Part shown: in pieces, positions 51,086 through 64,000 of the stretch
Layout: each line of letters opens with the position of its first letter
Position numbering within the stretch: the stretch's first letter is position 1
NCBI RefSeq assembly: GCF_009834535.1
Contig: NC_045697.1
Location: 75,642,001-75,706,000 of the forward strand
Length of the DNA stretch: 64,000 bases
Source: Camelus ferus
Taxonomy: Eukaryota
Direction of reading: 5' to 3'
Program-made: the position numbers and the translations under genes
Notes under the pieces: model-generated
What the model saw: only the letters and a program-made list of their open reading frames with translations
Told to the model about the DNA's origin: nothing
Databases searched by the model: none

Positions 51086-52009
51086 AAATGACACCAAGCA
51101 GGAGGATCCTTGTTGGGGACCGTCTCAGGAGGGTGGGTTTTAAAATCTTAATTCAACATTTTGTGATGTCACTGAGTTTTAACGGCTGTCAACAGCAAAA
51201 AGTCCCTTGCGCAGATACCTAGAGCCACATGGAAAAACTATCCCTGGTTGTCAATACCGGAGTTTACTTTTCTATTTCTTCTACCGTTTCTCAATATTTT
51301 TCTGTTAAAATACCACTAGTAAATTTTCTTTTTTCTGCTAAGTCTGTTTCCTCATAAGTGAATCGGAAAGTATTACATTTGTATTATTAACAAATAATTT
51401 CAGAATTCACTAAAGCTCTCTATTTGAAGGATGTTTTTGAACAGAAAATTTAGTTTCCAATTTTCTAACAGTTTAGATATGACAAAATTTGTACATGACA
51501 CATTTATGTTGTTTTTGATGATAAAATAACAATGGAAATACTTCAAAACATCCAACTTCAAAATGCTTTGTTCACAGCAGGAGTTTCTTTTGAAAAGCAA
51601 TTACTTTCTCTTTTACTATTAAAACATCACTTTAAACTTATGGGATAGATTGTGTTTATATTTTCCAAAAAATATCTGCTGGGTAGCATACTACTGACAG
51701 CCACTTGTCATCACAGAAGAGGATAGCAAATTTGGAACACTTGCCTTTTTGTTTAAAAATGCAAAATACATTTTTAAGTTAAACAACTCTTTAGTACTTC
51801 TCCATGAGATATGTGGTGAAACTGTTACAGTACAAAAGATTCCACAGTCTCTTTCCATCTCATTACAAAATCCATTATTTTATTTTGTTTCTGTAAAACT
51901 AAGTGCATCAGCACCCTCTGTATCATGGAAAAGGCAATATTCAGGATAGGATTATAGTAAGTAAAAGAGTGAGGCGTGTTGTCCAGCCCACTGCTTGGTG
52001 GAATTCCCA

Positions 52010-52410
52010 CTGGTAATAAAATACAAAAACGGCCACAAGATACTGTCTTTCTCCTCCTATGCTTTGCAATGTGACCTTCCAATTTGACTTTGGAGCTTCT
52101 TCCATCAAATGATAGACTATTTCCTCTCCCCTTGAATCTGGGCAGCCTTGCCACTTGTTTTGGCCAATGGAATGTGACAGGACACCAGGGTACAAGTTTC
52201 AAGTCTGGGCCTCTAAACATCACATGCTTCCACTTTTTGCTCTTGGAACTCAGTCACCCAGTAATCAAGCAGGGGCTTCTTAGAAATACAGGTCTCTGAG
52301 CCCTTTTCCCCTGAGATTCTGATTCATTGGGTCCAGAGATCTACATTTTTATCAAGCATCAGAAGCAATTCTGACTCAGGAAGTCTTCAGAAAACACTTT
52401 AGATAAACCT
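52010..52410. mobile_element. MLT1 LTR fragment (plus strand, ~52010-52260) followed by a MER5-like fragment
   Basis: ccttgaatctgggcagccttgccacttgttttggccaatggaatgtg and ctgagattctgattcattgggtc...aattctga. Confidence 0.7.
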
Positions 52411-52509
52411 GTCTTGATTACAGAGCATCCTCAACTCTAGGCATATTGTAAGAATCAGAAAATACGTGTGAACGAGTGTTCACTCATAGTCTAAAATGTG
52501 TGCCACCTT

Positions 52510-53065
52510 TGCAGAATTCCTGAGTTTGAGTCTAAGCCTGACTTTGCATTTTACTAGATTTGTGATCTTGAGTAATTCCCCTATCCTCTCTGAGCTTCAG
52601 TTTGCCTGTCTGTAAAATAGGAATTTTACCTACCTCTTTAGTCTACTGCAAAAATTAAATGAGATAAGTCGTATAAAGCACTCAACACAGAACGTGGTGC
52701 ACAATAGATGTTCAACTATTTATTATTCTTGACTCATTGTTATATTGTTATCTTTAAGTACCTCCTCCTCCCAAAGAGCTAATTTGCATTTCTGGACACC
52801 TCTAAATCCCTCAGTGAATACCCTGTCTCACACAAAGTCAGGCTCTGACATCAGTCATACTTTGGTTCCTGTCCCCACCTCCACCACTTAATAACATATG
52901 ACCTTGAGACTTAACCTAAGTCTCAGTTTTTGCAACTGTGAAACAGGGACAGAAGTGTCACCTTATACCATGGGGTTGTGAAGACTAGAAAAGTTAATGT
53001 ATGTAAAGTCTTTTACCCAATGCCTGGTGCATTGTAACCCACAGCAAACATTACCTATTAGCATT
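52510..53065 (+). mobile_element. Two MIR SINEs (~52510-52730 and ~52860-53065)
   Basis: ctctctgagcttcagtttgcctgtctgtaaaatagg and atgaccttgagacttaacctaagtctcagttt. Confidence 0.75.
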
Positions 53066-53677
53066 ATTTCCTCAGGGCTCTTCTTCATGCATCCTGAAAT
53101 TCCAATTAGGAAGAAACATCTGTGGTTTTCCAAGAAACAATCTAGAAGCACAATGGTTAGGTGGCATCACAGGTGTTCTTTGTATATACAGTGGGTATCC
53201 CATAACCTGACAACACTGATGGAATGATTAGAAAGAGGGCTCCCAGGGATGTGGAAGAAGAGGGGCCCCCAGAGGTTTTCCCAAGGCACAGACACATCTG
53301 GTATTTGGAGCTGCCACAACAGGAATAAACTTGAACGCATATTGTCAAAAGTTCACCTATGAGTGAACAAATGATGTCAAAGCTTATGTGGCCACCAAGA
53401 CAGGCCAGACAGAGCTATGAGGCCCAGGAGTTACTTGCAAAGATGATAAAGCCATCCTCTCTTCTCCATTGCTTCTTTCAACACCTAAGCCAACCCCTTC
53501 CAGCCCTCTGTCTGAATAAGCACAACACTTTGTACTGATCCTTGTGCGGTTCCTACTCCCTACTCAGCACTTTGTGGCCAGAGTTACTTACCTAAGTCCC
53601 CTGCTTGCCTCATGTCACAATCCTGGGTGAAAACCTACAGTCGCTGGTCCTATTGGGTCTAATGTAAATGTTTCATT

Positions 53678-53828
53678 GGGGGAGGGGTTAGCTCGGTGGT
53701 AGAGCGTGTGCTTAGCATGCACGAGGTCCTGGATTCGATACCTAGTACCTCCATTAAAATAAGTAAATAAACCTAATTACCTCCCCTGCCACCCCCCAAA
53801 AAACATTAGAAAAAAAATGTAAATAAAC
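53678..53828 (+). mobile_element. tRNA-derived camelid SINE (Vic-1-like)
   Basis: ggggaggggttagctcggtggtagagcgtgtgcttagcatgcacgaggtcctggattcgatacc (A and B boxes), A-rich tail, and TSD AAATG(T/C)TTCATT at 53666-53677 and 53829-53840. Confidence 0.9.
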
Positions 53829-54084
53829 AAATGCTTCATTCTTACTACAGTTGGCTTCACCCCTCCACATGCAGGATATTCTCCTCATTAAGAATATCAG
53901 TAATCCCCAGCTGCAGAGAGTGGGTCAGGGTGACACTCTCCAGAACATTCAGGGGACTGGTGACACGGTTTGGAGTCAGCAAAATTCCCCTGGGCCCTCA
54001 CACTTTACAGCTAATTTCAAAGCCTCCTAGCCAGAATAAAACAAGACACTTCAGGTTTTTTTAATTTGCATTAATAAGAAATCT

Positions 54085-54668
54085 AGTCATGGGTATGAAA
54101 TGTACAGTGTGAGAATATAATCAACAATTATGTAATGTCTCTAGGGTGGCATATAGAAACTAGACTAATTGAGGCAAACTTTTGGTCATGTATAGAAATA
54201 GAGAATCACTATATTTTGTATCAGGAACTGACATAGCGTCATAGGGCAATTATACTTAAGAAACAAATTCATAGAAAGAGATCAGACTTGTGGTTACCAG
54301 AGGCAGGGAGAGGAGGGAGTGAGAATTGGATTAAAGTGGTCAAAAGGCACAAAACTCTAGTTTTAAGATAAATAAGTACTAGGGATGTAATGTACAACAT
54401 GCTAAATATAATTAACACTGCTGTATGTTATATATGAAAGTTGTTAAGAGTAAATCCTAACAGTTCTTATCACAAGGAAAAAAAAATTTTATTTCTTTAA
54501 TTTTGTGTCTATATGAGATGATGGATATTCACTAAATTTATTGTGGTCATCATTTCATGATGCAGATAAGTCAAATCATTATGTTGTACACCTTAAACTT
54601 ATACAGTTCTGTATGTCAATTATAGCTCAATAAAACTAGAAGGAAAAAAATCTTTAAAAGAAAAAAAT
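54085..54668 (+). mobile_element. L1 3'UTR
   Basis: gtggttaccagaggcaggg...tatgttgtacaccttaaacttatacag...tcaataaaactagaaggaaaaaaa. Confidence 0.85.
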
Positions 54669-57600
54669 ACTAAAATCTTCAGGAAGAAATTTTTTAAAAA
54701 TCTAGTTTAGCTGAACATTTTCTCATTTTTGTATTTTTCTGCTGGCTATGTTTATTTTTTGTGACAAGATTTTGTCTAAGACTTTTCAATTTGTTTCATT
54801 TTTAAGTAATTTCCCAGGGCCAGAAGCCCTGGTTATCATAAAAAGTGGACTTGCCTGGATGATTCTGGGAATCTCCTGTAGTCGCATCCCATGATCAAGC
54901 GCCCCCACAGCCACACCCTGCGGCTCACTGCAGGACTGGGCAGTGGGGATCTGCCACAAGGGGTTCTTGGCAGCTGAAGTGGCAGGGAGATGTCTCTCCT
55001 GGGAAGAAGATTCCCAGACTGCATGAGGTGTGAGAAGGTTGCTTCGCATTCCTCAGAGTATTAAGAACACTTGAAAAAAAAAAAAAAACCAAAACTGTAA
55101 ACATTGAAAAGCTTGCCTAGAGGCCTTTGGTGCTAAGCATTTTTCTGAGACAAAAGTGTTCTTTCTTCTCTTGTTAGAAACCTTTCCAGTGTGGTAGGAT
55201 GGCCTTGGAGAAAAAGAGGAGGAGGTACTGAGACAATGGGAAACTGGCTTGGCCACAAAGGGAAAAATGCCTGTGTCAAGTCCCCAAAACCTCAGGAGAA
55301 AGGGCAGCAGGAAGCCTCACACTGCAGGGGGCCACATCGGCCCAGCTGCCTGGTGTTGGAGGGTCTCCTAAGGCAGGATCAACTCAGGGGGACATGGAGA
55401 TGTCTACAGAAACCTCATAATGCCTGTAAACTTTTCCTTCTTAGAAGTTAAAATACCGTGTGATTGATTATAAGACTTTCAACTAAGGAGACTGGGCTAT
55501 CTAGGGACTGTTTTGTCATTTCCTGGATGGAGTCTCGAACAAAGCAAATTGCAAACACCTGAAGAGGTAACCTAGGCTCTAGGGGGAAAAATATTTAAAA
55601 ATAATTGTTATTGTTAGCAGTGGTCTTGTTCTGTTTCTAAAAGAGATTATATGGGGCCCTTCGTATTTCAGGAATCCCTGGCAATAGTTTATGGGAGAGC
55701 AAATAAGTTTTAACCTCTTAGCAAAGGAGGAAAGACTTATCAAAGCCCTAGTCCAAGAGAGGACCATCCTGTTCCACCTCTGTCTCTAGCTGCAAATTCT
55801 CAACTTGAGTATTTCTTGAAATGTTCAAAGGAGCAGAGCTTTACTAAGTGGGTCTAAACAATAACTTCTCCATAAACCTCCCTTTCTGAGCTGATAGGCA
55901 AGTCCAAAGCTTATTAAAGTCTTTAATTGGAATGCATATCCAAATCAAAACACATTACAACTTTTTAAACAAACCAATTCAAAAGAACTATCTACCTCAG
56001 ACTTTACACTACCAGATACCAAACTTTAGGATGTGTGACACAAAGAACATCCTGGCTTCAAACCAGAGATAGCAACCCAGGTGACTTTAACAATTGGGTC
56101 AAGGCCACAACTTGAAAAACATTTCTTTAAACTTTTTTCAAATGCAACAGAAATTGCTAAATACCATGCATCACATCTTGGTACAGAGCTTGCCAAGGAA
56201 GCATTTTTAAGTCTGCCTACCAGACAGAGAAAAAGGAAATGCCATATGGCTAGCTGTATCCTCTCTCTTTTGTAAGAAAAGCCAAGTCCCCACCCCAAGA
56301 GAATTCCTCTTAGGTCTCCTTGGCCCAAGTTGGTCCCATGGCCAATGACAGCTACGAGGGAGGCTGGGAAGGCTGGGAACAGGATGTCCAGCACCGCATC
56401 ACCCATCCCCTTAGGGCTGGGCACACTGCCTACATCAACACAATCAGGATCCTGTCTAAGGAAATGGAAGGAAGACTAGACAGCACCTAGAGCGTACCTC
56501 CAAGGGGAGGAAACAAACATACGTTGAATACCTGCTATATAGAAAGTCCTGGGAACAGGTACTTCCACATTTTTTAAAAATCTCATTTAACATAATACCC
56601 CAAACTCTCCTGTAAACAGAGCTCTTGACTTTTTACCACATCACCTGTGCCCTCTTTCAGAGTCATCACCATAAACGACGTCATCACTCCAGACCCTTTT
56701 CTAAAAAGACTGCCTTTTAAACGTTTCCATTTAATATATTTTAATAACTCAAAACTGAGTTTTCAAGTTTGTCTCTAAGCTATATTTTTTTCTTGAGGTT
56801 CTTTGTTCTCTTTTGTTTATTTCTGGCAGTAAAAGAAAATATTTTATGCAAACTTTGAGATGTGAATAAAACAAACCAAATCCCTTTCCTATTGCTCCAA
56901 AGATTTAAAAATATAAAAACTTAAGAACCCCCAATGCAGCTATTATGGGCTATGTAGTGGTTTCCCTGAGAGATTAGGACATTAAATTTTTTCCTTTATT
57001 CTCATTTTTTAAAAGGAAACTAAATGCAAAGAAAAATGTTACTATAATGTACAGGATACAAATTAAAACGTAAAGTCAGGAAATGCAAAAGTGAATGTTC
57101 TCACGGAATCTGATGAATCTGTAATTGCCTGGACAGTCACTGTAAGTGTAAAAGTGAAAGAACCACTATTGGAATTATTGCTTATTAAAAATCTATATGT
57201 TTATTCTCTGCATATCTAATTATTTGTATTTACAAATGTTTAGTTCCCATTACTGGAAGAAATGACTGCTCAGGCAATTACAGATTCACAATGGTTGGTG
57301 ATGGAAAGGTCTGGTTTATCAGCAGGAACACCAAATGTGTAGTGCTGACAGAATGTCGTGCATGTGGTCAGGGCACAGAAGCTAGGGTTCCCATGAGAAC
57401 GTTCACTTTTGCACACAACCAGCAAAGATCTGGTCCAGTTTGCCTTCAGAGCCTGAATGCTTAACCACAAAACTATACTCTCTTTTAAGCTTGTGCCTCT
57501 GCTTAAGTCAAAACATCTCCTGGGTAACTAAACCTTTAACTTATTTTTTACTCAAAATTCTCTAACAGATGCCAGTGAATAGCCAGCCCACTGGAATTGC

Positions 57601-59277
57601 CCACAACATACCAAAAGTCAAATTGCTATACCTGCACCCATGTAGAACATAAATATGTGCCTCTAGGCCACACAAAATAGCATGAGACACACACTGAAGT
57701 TCAAAGTCATTTAGTGCAGGCTCCAGGAAGCCAGGCGGTGAACCAGGCACATGTCAGTATCCCCTTCGACTTGGCTGTTTTTTCTTAGAGGCCTGATCAT
57801 GTGGCAACATCCCAGAATGTTTGCTTTTAGCAGACACTTACTTTCTTTTGGGCAACAGAAGTGGTTATGCTCTTGGAGAGGACGAACATTTCTCAAAGAC
57901 AAGCCAGAGCTGCTAGAAGGCAAGCAGAGAGGGAGTCGGTCTCCTAATCCATTTCAGTGGTGATGTTTTCCTATTCTTAACAAAGGCAGATCATTTTAGA
58001 TATTCAGAACTGGTACAGGTCAGGGTGATAAAGGTCCATGATGGAATTTTCCATGTTTCCAATGTCAGTTCCTCAAATCTAGGCCCTAAACTCTGGTTCC
58101 ATTTTCCTCAGGAATCTGGTGAAACAGGGGGTCAGGAAAAAGAGAGTTCAATCTTAACACCCCCCTCTGCTCAATCATAGTTCTCAAGTATACAATCTTG
58201 AGGGAGGCCAGCTTTTACCTCAGTCCTGAAAAGACTGACTGGGAGTTAAGTGGGCAGAATGTGTTTTGCACAACTTGACATATAATTACATTCAGGACAA
58301 GACTGCGTGGAGGACGTGAAATCCGCAGAAATACAAAGAGGCTTATGGGCCCTGCAAGAAATGTAGCCCACACGTAAAAGCAGCCCAGTGGGCAAATGCT
58401 TCGTCACATCGTGAGCCAACTCACCCCTGGATACATATGTGCTAATAAAAATATACCATATGTGGGAAGCATGACTTCCGAATTTTTCCTGATAAAGTAT
58501 TTAAATGTAAACTTTCAAGAGATGACATAATTGTTCCCCTCTTGGATGGAAGTGAAATTCAAATATGTGGTCTTGATTATCAGAGTGGAAAAGAGAATTG
58601 ACAGATTTAAAACATTATATTTCTGCCAAGATGATTGCACTTCTTTTCCCTCCTTCCTTTAAAGAAAATTATTTTTCCATTCACCTTTCCAGCTGATGGA
58701 TAGATAAAAATGGCATTGAGATTTCCAAGACCACTTGGCAGGAGAGGTTTGGTGTAAGGGTTGAAGGTTTTAAATATTGGCTTGAGCTCATTTTTATGAA
58801 CTGGAGAGGAAAAATATAAAATTCCTGCATATATCATATTTGTAGATTAAAGACACACATACTAACCCATGGACTGGAAGAAATCATTAGGTGCTTTTCT
58901 TTTCCATCACTCTGGAACACAGAGAGGGTGGCCAATTCCAAGAGTACAGCGGCCTGGAATCATGTCCCTCTCCGGTGGGTTGGAGGTGAGGGGGCACGGT
59001 GCGACTTAGAAAGGATAACCACATGATAGAACACAGTTACTTTTCAGACCACATTTCACCCTAATGATGTTAACCTTGATTTCTGCTCTTCATGTTCTCA
59101 TCTCGATTTTATGAGTAAATTTTTGTAACTTTAAAAGAGTAAGTCTTCTGAGTGTCAAGTATTAAAAAAAAATTTCTCTACTTTTAACTTTTAAAATAAG
59201 CTAATAGTAAAAATCACCTTGAATTTAGCAGTATTAAGATTTTAATGTGAAGTAGACATTTTTTTTCACACGCCACC

Positions 59278-59780
59278 TGTTATGATCAGGGTTCTTGGCA
59301 AACAATTCAAACTTCAGATAATTTAGGCAGCAAAGGAATATATGGGAAAGCTGTTGGGTATGTTACAGCACTGATGGAAAATGCAAGAGTGAGGCTTAGA
59401 AAACGGTCAGGAACAAAAGGAGGTTGCAGAGGCCTCAGCCAAGGCCACACCACTGGAATATTCGAGATAAGATACTACTTCTGCACAGGAGACCCCGGTG
59501 CCATAGGCGCCACCTCCACTGGATACTCACTGCCCCCAGAATCTCAACTCTGTCACTGCCACCGTGAAACCAAGATTCATTCTGTCCCTACATCTTTACA
59601 TCACTTCCTACATTTTCAGCACTTGAGGTGGGAGTTCCTGAATTAGTTGCTGAGTCACACCTTAGCTGTTTGTGGCTGGAGAGGGATAATCTATGGTGCC
59701 CTTCAACCTTTGTGGATTTACATAAAGGAGTTCTCCCCAAAAAAGGTCTAGCTAATATGGAACTAAAAAAGTAGTATCAA
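59278..59780 (-). mobile_element. Old MaLR LTR (MLT1K/M-like)
   Basis: The start tgttatgatcagggttcttggcaaac is typical of reversed ancient MLT1. The sequence is degraded. Confidence 0.45.
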
Positions 59781-60564
59781 CCATCAGCTCTAATTTTTCC
59801 CATCAACATATCCATCCATATACTTTTTACGTAACCTACTCATGAGTATTTCCATTCAGTATCCACTAGTGAATAAATCAATCCACTAGAAAATATCTAC
59901 ATATTCTCCATCTTTTTCTACCTATCAACTTTCTCACTAATGGAGTCCCTCAATGACCTGTTTTTATTTAAAAATCTTTTTTCCTTCTATTTCTTCTCCT
60001 AATTCTATTTTATTACCATTTGCCTTAGTGGATAGTGACTATCCACTATCTCCATGCATAATCTGCTATCTCTTCATAATGCTGGATTTTCAAGGCCAGA
60101 TCATACAAAATTATTTCATCATAGGAATTATAATTGCAAATAAAAAATGCGCGCATCTCAACCAAAATTGTATATCCAGATCCTAAATAAGCATCTCCAC
60201 TCGAATATTCTACTTAAGGATATTCTGCAAAAGCAAACTTGATAGGTTGCTTCCACTCCCCCCACCACCCCAGCAAATGAACTAATTGGGATTCCCCTAC
60301 CTCCCTCTATCATGTCTCTATCACTGGTACCACTATCTTAGGTATTTTTAAATGTTACAGAAATTTGAGGAAATGGGTTGAATTTTCGGATGGATTGAGA
60401 CTGCATGATTATTTTCCCACTTAAAATATCACTATGAAACAGTGCTCAGAACTGAATATTTGATTACAGTAAGGGAAGATGCCTGTATTTTCCCTCCTCT
60501 CAGAAACTTTTTCACAAGAAGGATAAGGTACATGTAAGCAAAACAATTTTAAAAATTCACATAC

Positions 60565-61146
60565 ATAAGAAGCCAAAAGTTTAATTTTATTGAATAAAGA
60601 AAGTTCATTCATGGTTTACACAGATATTAATATACTTTGTAACAGCTGAGAGATCAATAGCTAATAGGAAGAAGAAAGAAAGCAGTTTATACTTTCAATG
60701 TAGAAAAAAAATCTAATTGCTACAGATGTCTTGTAAAATTCCCAAAACAAGGTCTAGCCAAGTTTATTGTTCAGTGATTTTTTTTTCTTTTTGCAAGAGA
60801 TCAAAAGTGAGATTCGATGGGTATACTACTGGTTACAAACTAATATAACAGCTTGAAAAAATCATCAGACAGAAGCATAAATAGAATACAAAAAGACTAG
60901 GTTTTAAAATTGTATTGCAGGAATATTAACTATAATAAGTGGAAAAGATACATTAAAACCAGGAGTGTGTTACACTGGTTCAGAACAGAACTCATAAGGC
61001 AGACCAAAACTGATGCTAGTTAAGGAAAAGGGCCTGTTTTTAGGAAGCATGTCCAGACACCACCACAAAGAAATACCAACAGTAAGTACGTGGTCCCTTC
61101 TTGTTACTTAGCGAGATGTCAGAAGTGAAGTGACTGGGGTGACAGC
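60565..61146 (-). other. PAPSS1: PAPSS1 3'UTR (~580 nt)
   Basis: Repeat-free sequence between the stop codon and the poly(A) signal. The 3' end is inferred ~15-20 nt past AATAAA. Confidence 0.8.
60580..60591 (-). terminator. PAPSS1 polyadenylation signal (AATAAA followed by ATTAAA)
   Basis: Plus-strand TTTATT at 60586-60591 and TTTAAT at 60580-60585, followed on the minus strand by a U/GU-rich tract (ggcttcttatgtatgtgaattttt). Confidence 0.8.
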
Positions 61147-61285
61147 TTAAGCTTTCTCCAGGGATTTGTAGTATTCCACCAGTACGGTCCAGGCCTTGGG
61201 AGCCATGAAGCCTTCAGGAGGTTTCTGGCCTTCTCGGGCAAGTTTGCGCATTCGTGTTCCTGAAATAAATTCAAAGTCTTCATGG
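61147..61285 (-). CDS. PAPSS1: PAPSS1 (bifunctional PAPS synthase 1) terminal coding exon, C-terminus of the ATP-sulfurylase domain
   Basis: After one carry-over base the minus strand reads [45 protein letters not shown], which I recognise as the PAPSS1 C-terminus. It is preceded by a polypyrimidine tract and CAG acceptor (AG = plus-strand CT at 61286-61287). The TAA stop is at 61147-61149. Upstream exons lie beyond the window. Confidence 0.97.
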
Positions 61286-61504
61286 CTGAGAGGGAGAGAA
61301 AAAAGAGAATTTCACATTTTAAAAAACTCAGTTATAGTGAAATTTTTTAAAATATTTGTTCCTCTGTTCATGGTAGACAAGCTTAATAAGAAAAAAAATC
61401 TGGATGAAACGTGGTACTTAGGAATATCAACCTGATTTCAAGTTTGTCATTGAGCAAAACACTACGCTATCAAAAATTACTTATTTTTAGAAGTGGGAAA
61501 AATA

Positions 61505-61890
61505 CTTTTTAACTGAAATTTTTACTGAGACCATTGTAGATTCAAATTCAAACACAACTGTAAGAAATGATGCAGCAAGATCCCATATGTCCTTTGCCCA
61601 GGGTCTCCCAATAGTAACATTTTGCAAAACTACAGCATAATATTACTATTAGGATATCAGCCAGGAAACAACCCATCAACCTTACTCAGATTTCCTAGTT
61701 TTACTCATACTTATTTCTCTGTGTGTTTACTCAGTTCTGTACAATTTTATCACATGTGTAGGTTCATGTATCCACCACAGTCAAGAATCAGAACAGTTCC
61801 AAAACCACAATGATCGCAGAGTTGCCCTTTTATGTCCATACCCATTTCCCACCCTCCCCCCCTCCTCTCAGCCCCTGGCAACTAATCATT
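61505..61890 (-). mobile_element. L1MB/L1MC 3' end (intronic)
   Basis: cattgtagattca...gtaagaaat...ccccaatagtaacattttgcaaaactacag...ccctggcaactaatc. Confidence 0.75.
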
Positions 61891-63269
61891 TAGGAATAGG
61901 ATTTTTTTTTTCCTGAAAAAACAAAAAATTTAATATAGCTAGTAGAGATTGAAACTTTTTAGGAAGTTTGAATATGAGAGGCTAAATGCATGCTGGAACA
62001 GTAAAACAAAAACTGAAATTTTAAAAATAGCAATAGCAGCAAGTAAGTAGCAATAATTAATATTATTCCACTGATATTACACAAAGGTAGTGTTCTGTTC
62101 ATCCTCATACCTACAAAACACACAGAAGCCCTCAGGCCCTTCGACCACTAAGCACCGAGCACTGGTGGCTATGACACATACTGTCTACTAGTAATTTCAA
62201 CCCCTTCCCTCAAACAAGGAAACCAACCAGATAGCAGACCAGGACCCGTAAGAGTTCTGGGTCACTCAGGTCACCAGATCACAAGCCCTGTTTATTCCTG
62301 GTTAGTGGCTATATGTTCCTTTCCCACTTCAACATTTGTAGAGTTAACCCGGGAATCAAGTGAAACCATAAACTGCCAAGTGGCCCTCGCTTCTAGAGGT
62401 ATGCCAGGTATGTTTTAACTAACAATCACTCTTCTAGGAATCTGTGTAAAGGAAATAATGAGAGATGCAGGGAAATACTATACATAAAGTCAGCTATCTG
62501 AAAGTTGTTTTTCGACAGTAAAATGTAAATGATCTAAAAGTCGAAGGTCTAAATAAATTACAGCATAGGATAAAATGTTCATTATGTCATAATGAAGTGA
62601 AATAATCAGGGCCCCAAACTGTATATAGAATACTATTGCAGTTCTGTTAAAATGAGGGGGTGGGTGGAGGAAAAGGCCATAAAGAAATGCACCCAAATGT
62701 TAACGGTGGTTATTCCTAAGCAGTGGTATCACAGGTGCTTTTAATTTTGTCCATGATGCTTTCTGCAATGATTTAAATGATCAATATCAAAATCAAATTT
62801 AAAATATCAAATTATTATCAATAAAAGCTTACTTTTAAAATCTCTATCCACGGTGATTTTAAGTAATTTTAAATAATATGACCTTTAATTAATCTGAAAC
62901 TTCAATCATTTGGAACACTGCCCTGATGAGAGCAGGTAAACAGGATGTGGACAGAGCATGACTTTCTCTATTCCGGCTCCACGGGAGTTATAATGGCCAC
63001 TAATTCACCCCTAAATGACAGACCCCAGCAGCACAAGTATACCTCAACAGTGCTGGGGACACAACACACATTCAATAAATACTGACCACTGATCAGGTAC
63101 TTGATTAGATTTCTAACTAGGAACTCAACAAGTATTTGGTGAAATATGAAAGCACAGAAAGGCATACACACAGAAAAATTCTATCAGTTTAATACAGGAC
63201 CACTCAGAGTCTTAAATAAGTCACCACACTTCATCCTCTGGCAAAAAAAAAAAAAAAAAAAAAAGGAGG

Positions 63270-63860
63270 AGATAGGGCTTCTGACTGCTGTGGTTAATCT
63301 GAGCTCCCTGTATGTCCCCTCTTCTCTAAATCTGGATTGTTCCCACTGGAGATTTTTACCCACCATTGGTGATCTCTTCAACAGTCATCTTCAGATCTGG
63401 TTTCTTTCTGACCTCGCTCACCTCCACTTCAGCCAGGGAACCCACACACCTAACTTGTTCCTAGCTTGGTTCACTCAGTCTATCGATGAGCTCTCGGGTC
63501 ATCCACTCAATAGGACTGAGCTCCTGACCAAGAAAGAAGTACTGTGATTTCCTTATGATCAAGAGTTTACACCAGCTTCTGGCCTCTCCCCCTTTTCTAA
63601 TTTTCACTGTCTGTGTGATCAATGACCTGACTGCTCACTGGGCTTCTGAACCTTGGGCTTGGTTGTATTACCATCCATCTCCACGCACCTCTTGCATCTG
63701 GCCTGTCCCTATGCCTGCCCGCTACTGTTACTTTCGAAGATCAATGTGACTCTTGGTCCTGGATCTAGTAGTTCTCCCTCTTACATTTGCTGCTGGCCCT
63801 GATTCTGGCCTTTCCAACTCCCCAGTGAGGTACCCAGACTTTAATGGATGTCCTACTCCC
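63270..63860 (+). mobile_element. L2 ORF2 fragment (intronic)
   Basis: ttggtgatctcttcaacagtc...ctccacttcagccagggaacccacacacctaacttg, a pyrimidine-rich L2-like tract. Confidence 0.5.
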
Positions 63861-64000
63861 CTTTGAAACATGTCTAAGAGTTCTACCCTGCAATGCTATA
63901 CACACAACATATGAATATAAAATAGTGTAACTCATTTAATCAGCCACAGGCAAATCAATGTTAATGCTTTATAATCTCATCTCTTACTATTAAGCAGAAG

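Larger units (their letters stand above)
61286..64000 (-). other. PAPSS1: Last intron of PAPSS1 (3' part)
   Basis: Lies upstream of the terminal-exon acceptor and contains L1M and L2 relics with no recognisable exon. Confidence 0.85.

Noticed and set aside
54893..54915. Possible CTCF site (minus-strand gggggcgct)
   Set aside because: Only the 3' half matches and the conserved CC core is missing.
61196..61435. 79-aa plus-strand ORF overlapping the PAPSS1 last exon
   Set aside because: It is an antisense shadow of the real coding exon, with a non-ATG start and no recognisable homology.
1..64000. CRISPR arrays, rRNA or prokaryote-type systems
   Set aside because: The sequence is clearly mammalian and has no regularly spaced repeat-spacer structure or operon-like ORFs.

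Overview
AT-rich eutherian genomic DNA. Two tRNA-derived Vic-1-type SINEs point to a camelid (alpaca/llama/camel). The only recognisable host coding sequence is the last exon of PAPSS1 on the minus strand (61147-61285), with its 3'UTR and poly(A) signal near 60586. The other ~60 kb is downstream intergenic sequence dominated by degraded L1, L2, MIR, MaLR/ERV LTRs and hAT DNA transposon relics, and nearly all ORFs in the supplied track are L1 debris or chance ORFs. Highlights: (1) a candidate endogenous bornavirus-like nucleoprotein element (EBLN) at ~32280-33300, suggested by several colinear degenerate motifs matched by eye and needing HMM/BLAST confirmation; (2) a ~2.66-kb inversion (25761-~28420) that splits an L1 and flips one of its TSDs, possibly caused by a later L1 insertion; (3) a full-length retroposed U1 snRNA pseudogene with TSDs; (4) an orphan CpG-rich promoter-like patch with YY1, BANP/ZBTB33-like and CCAAT motifs at ~50785-51085. 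Repeat subfamily names are from memory of consensus sequences, and boundaries are approximate unless TSDs are cited.
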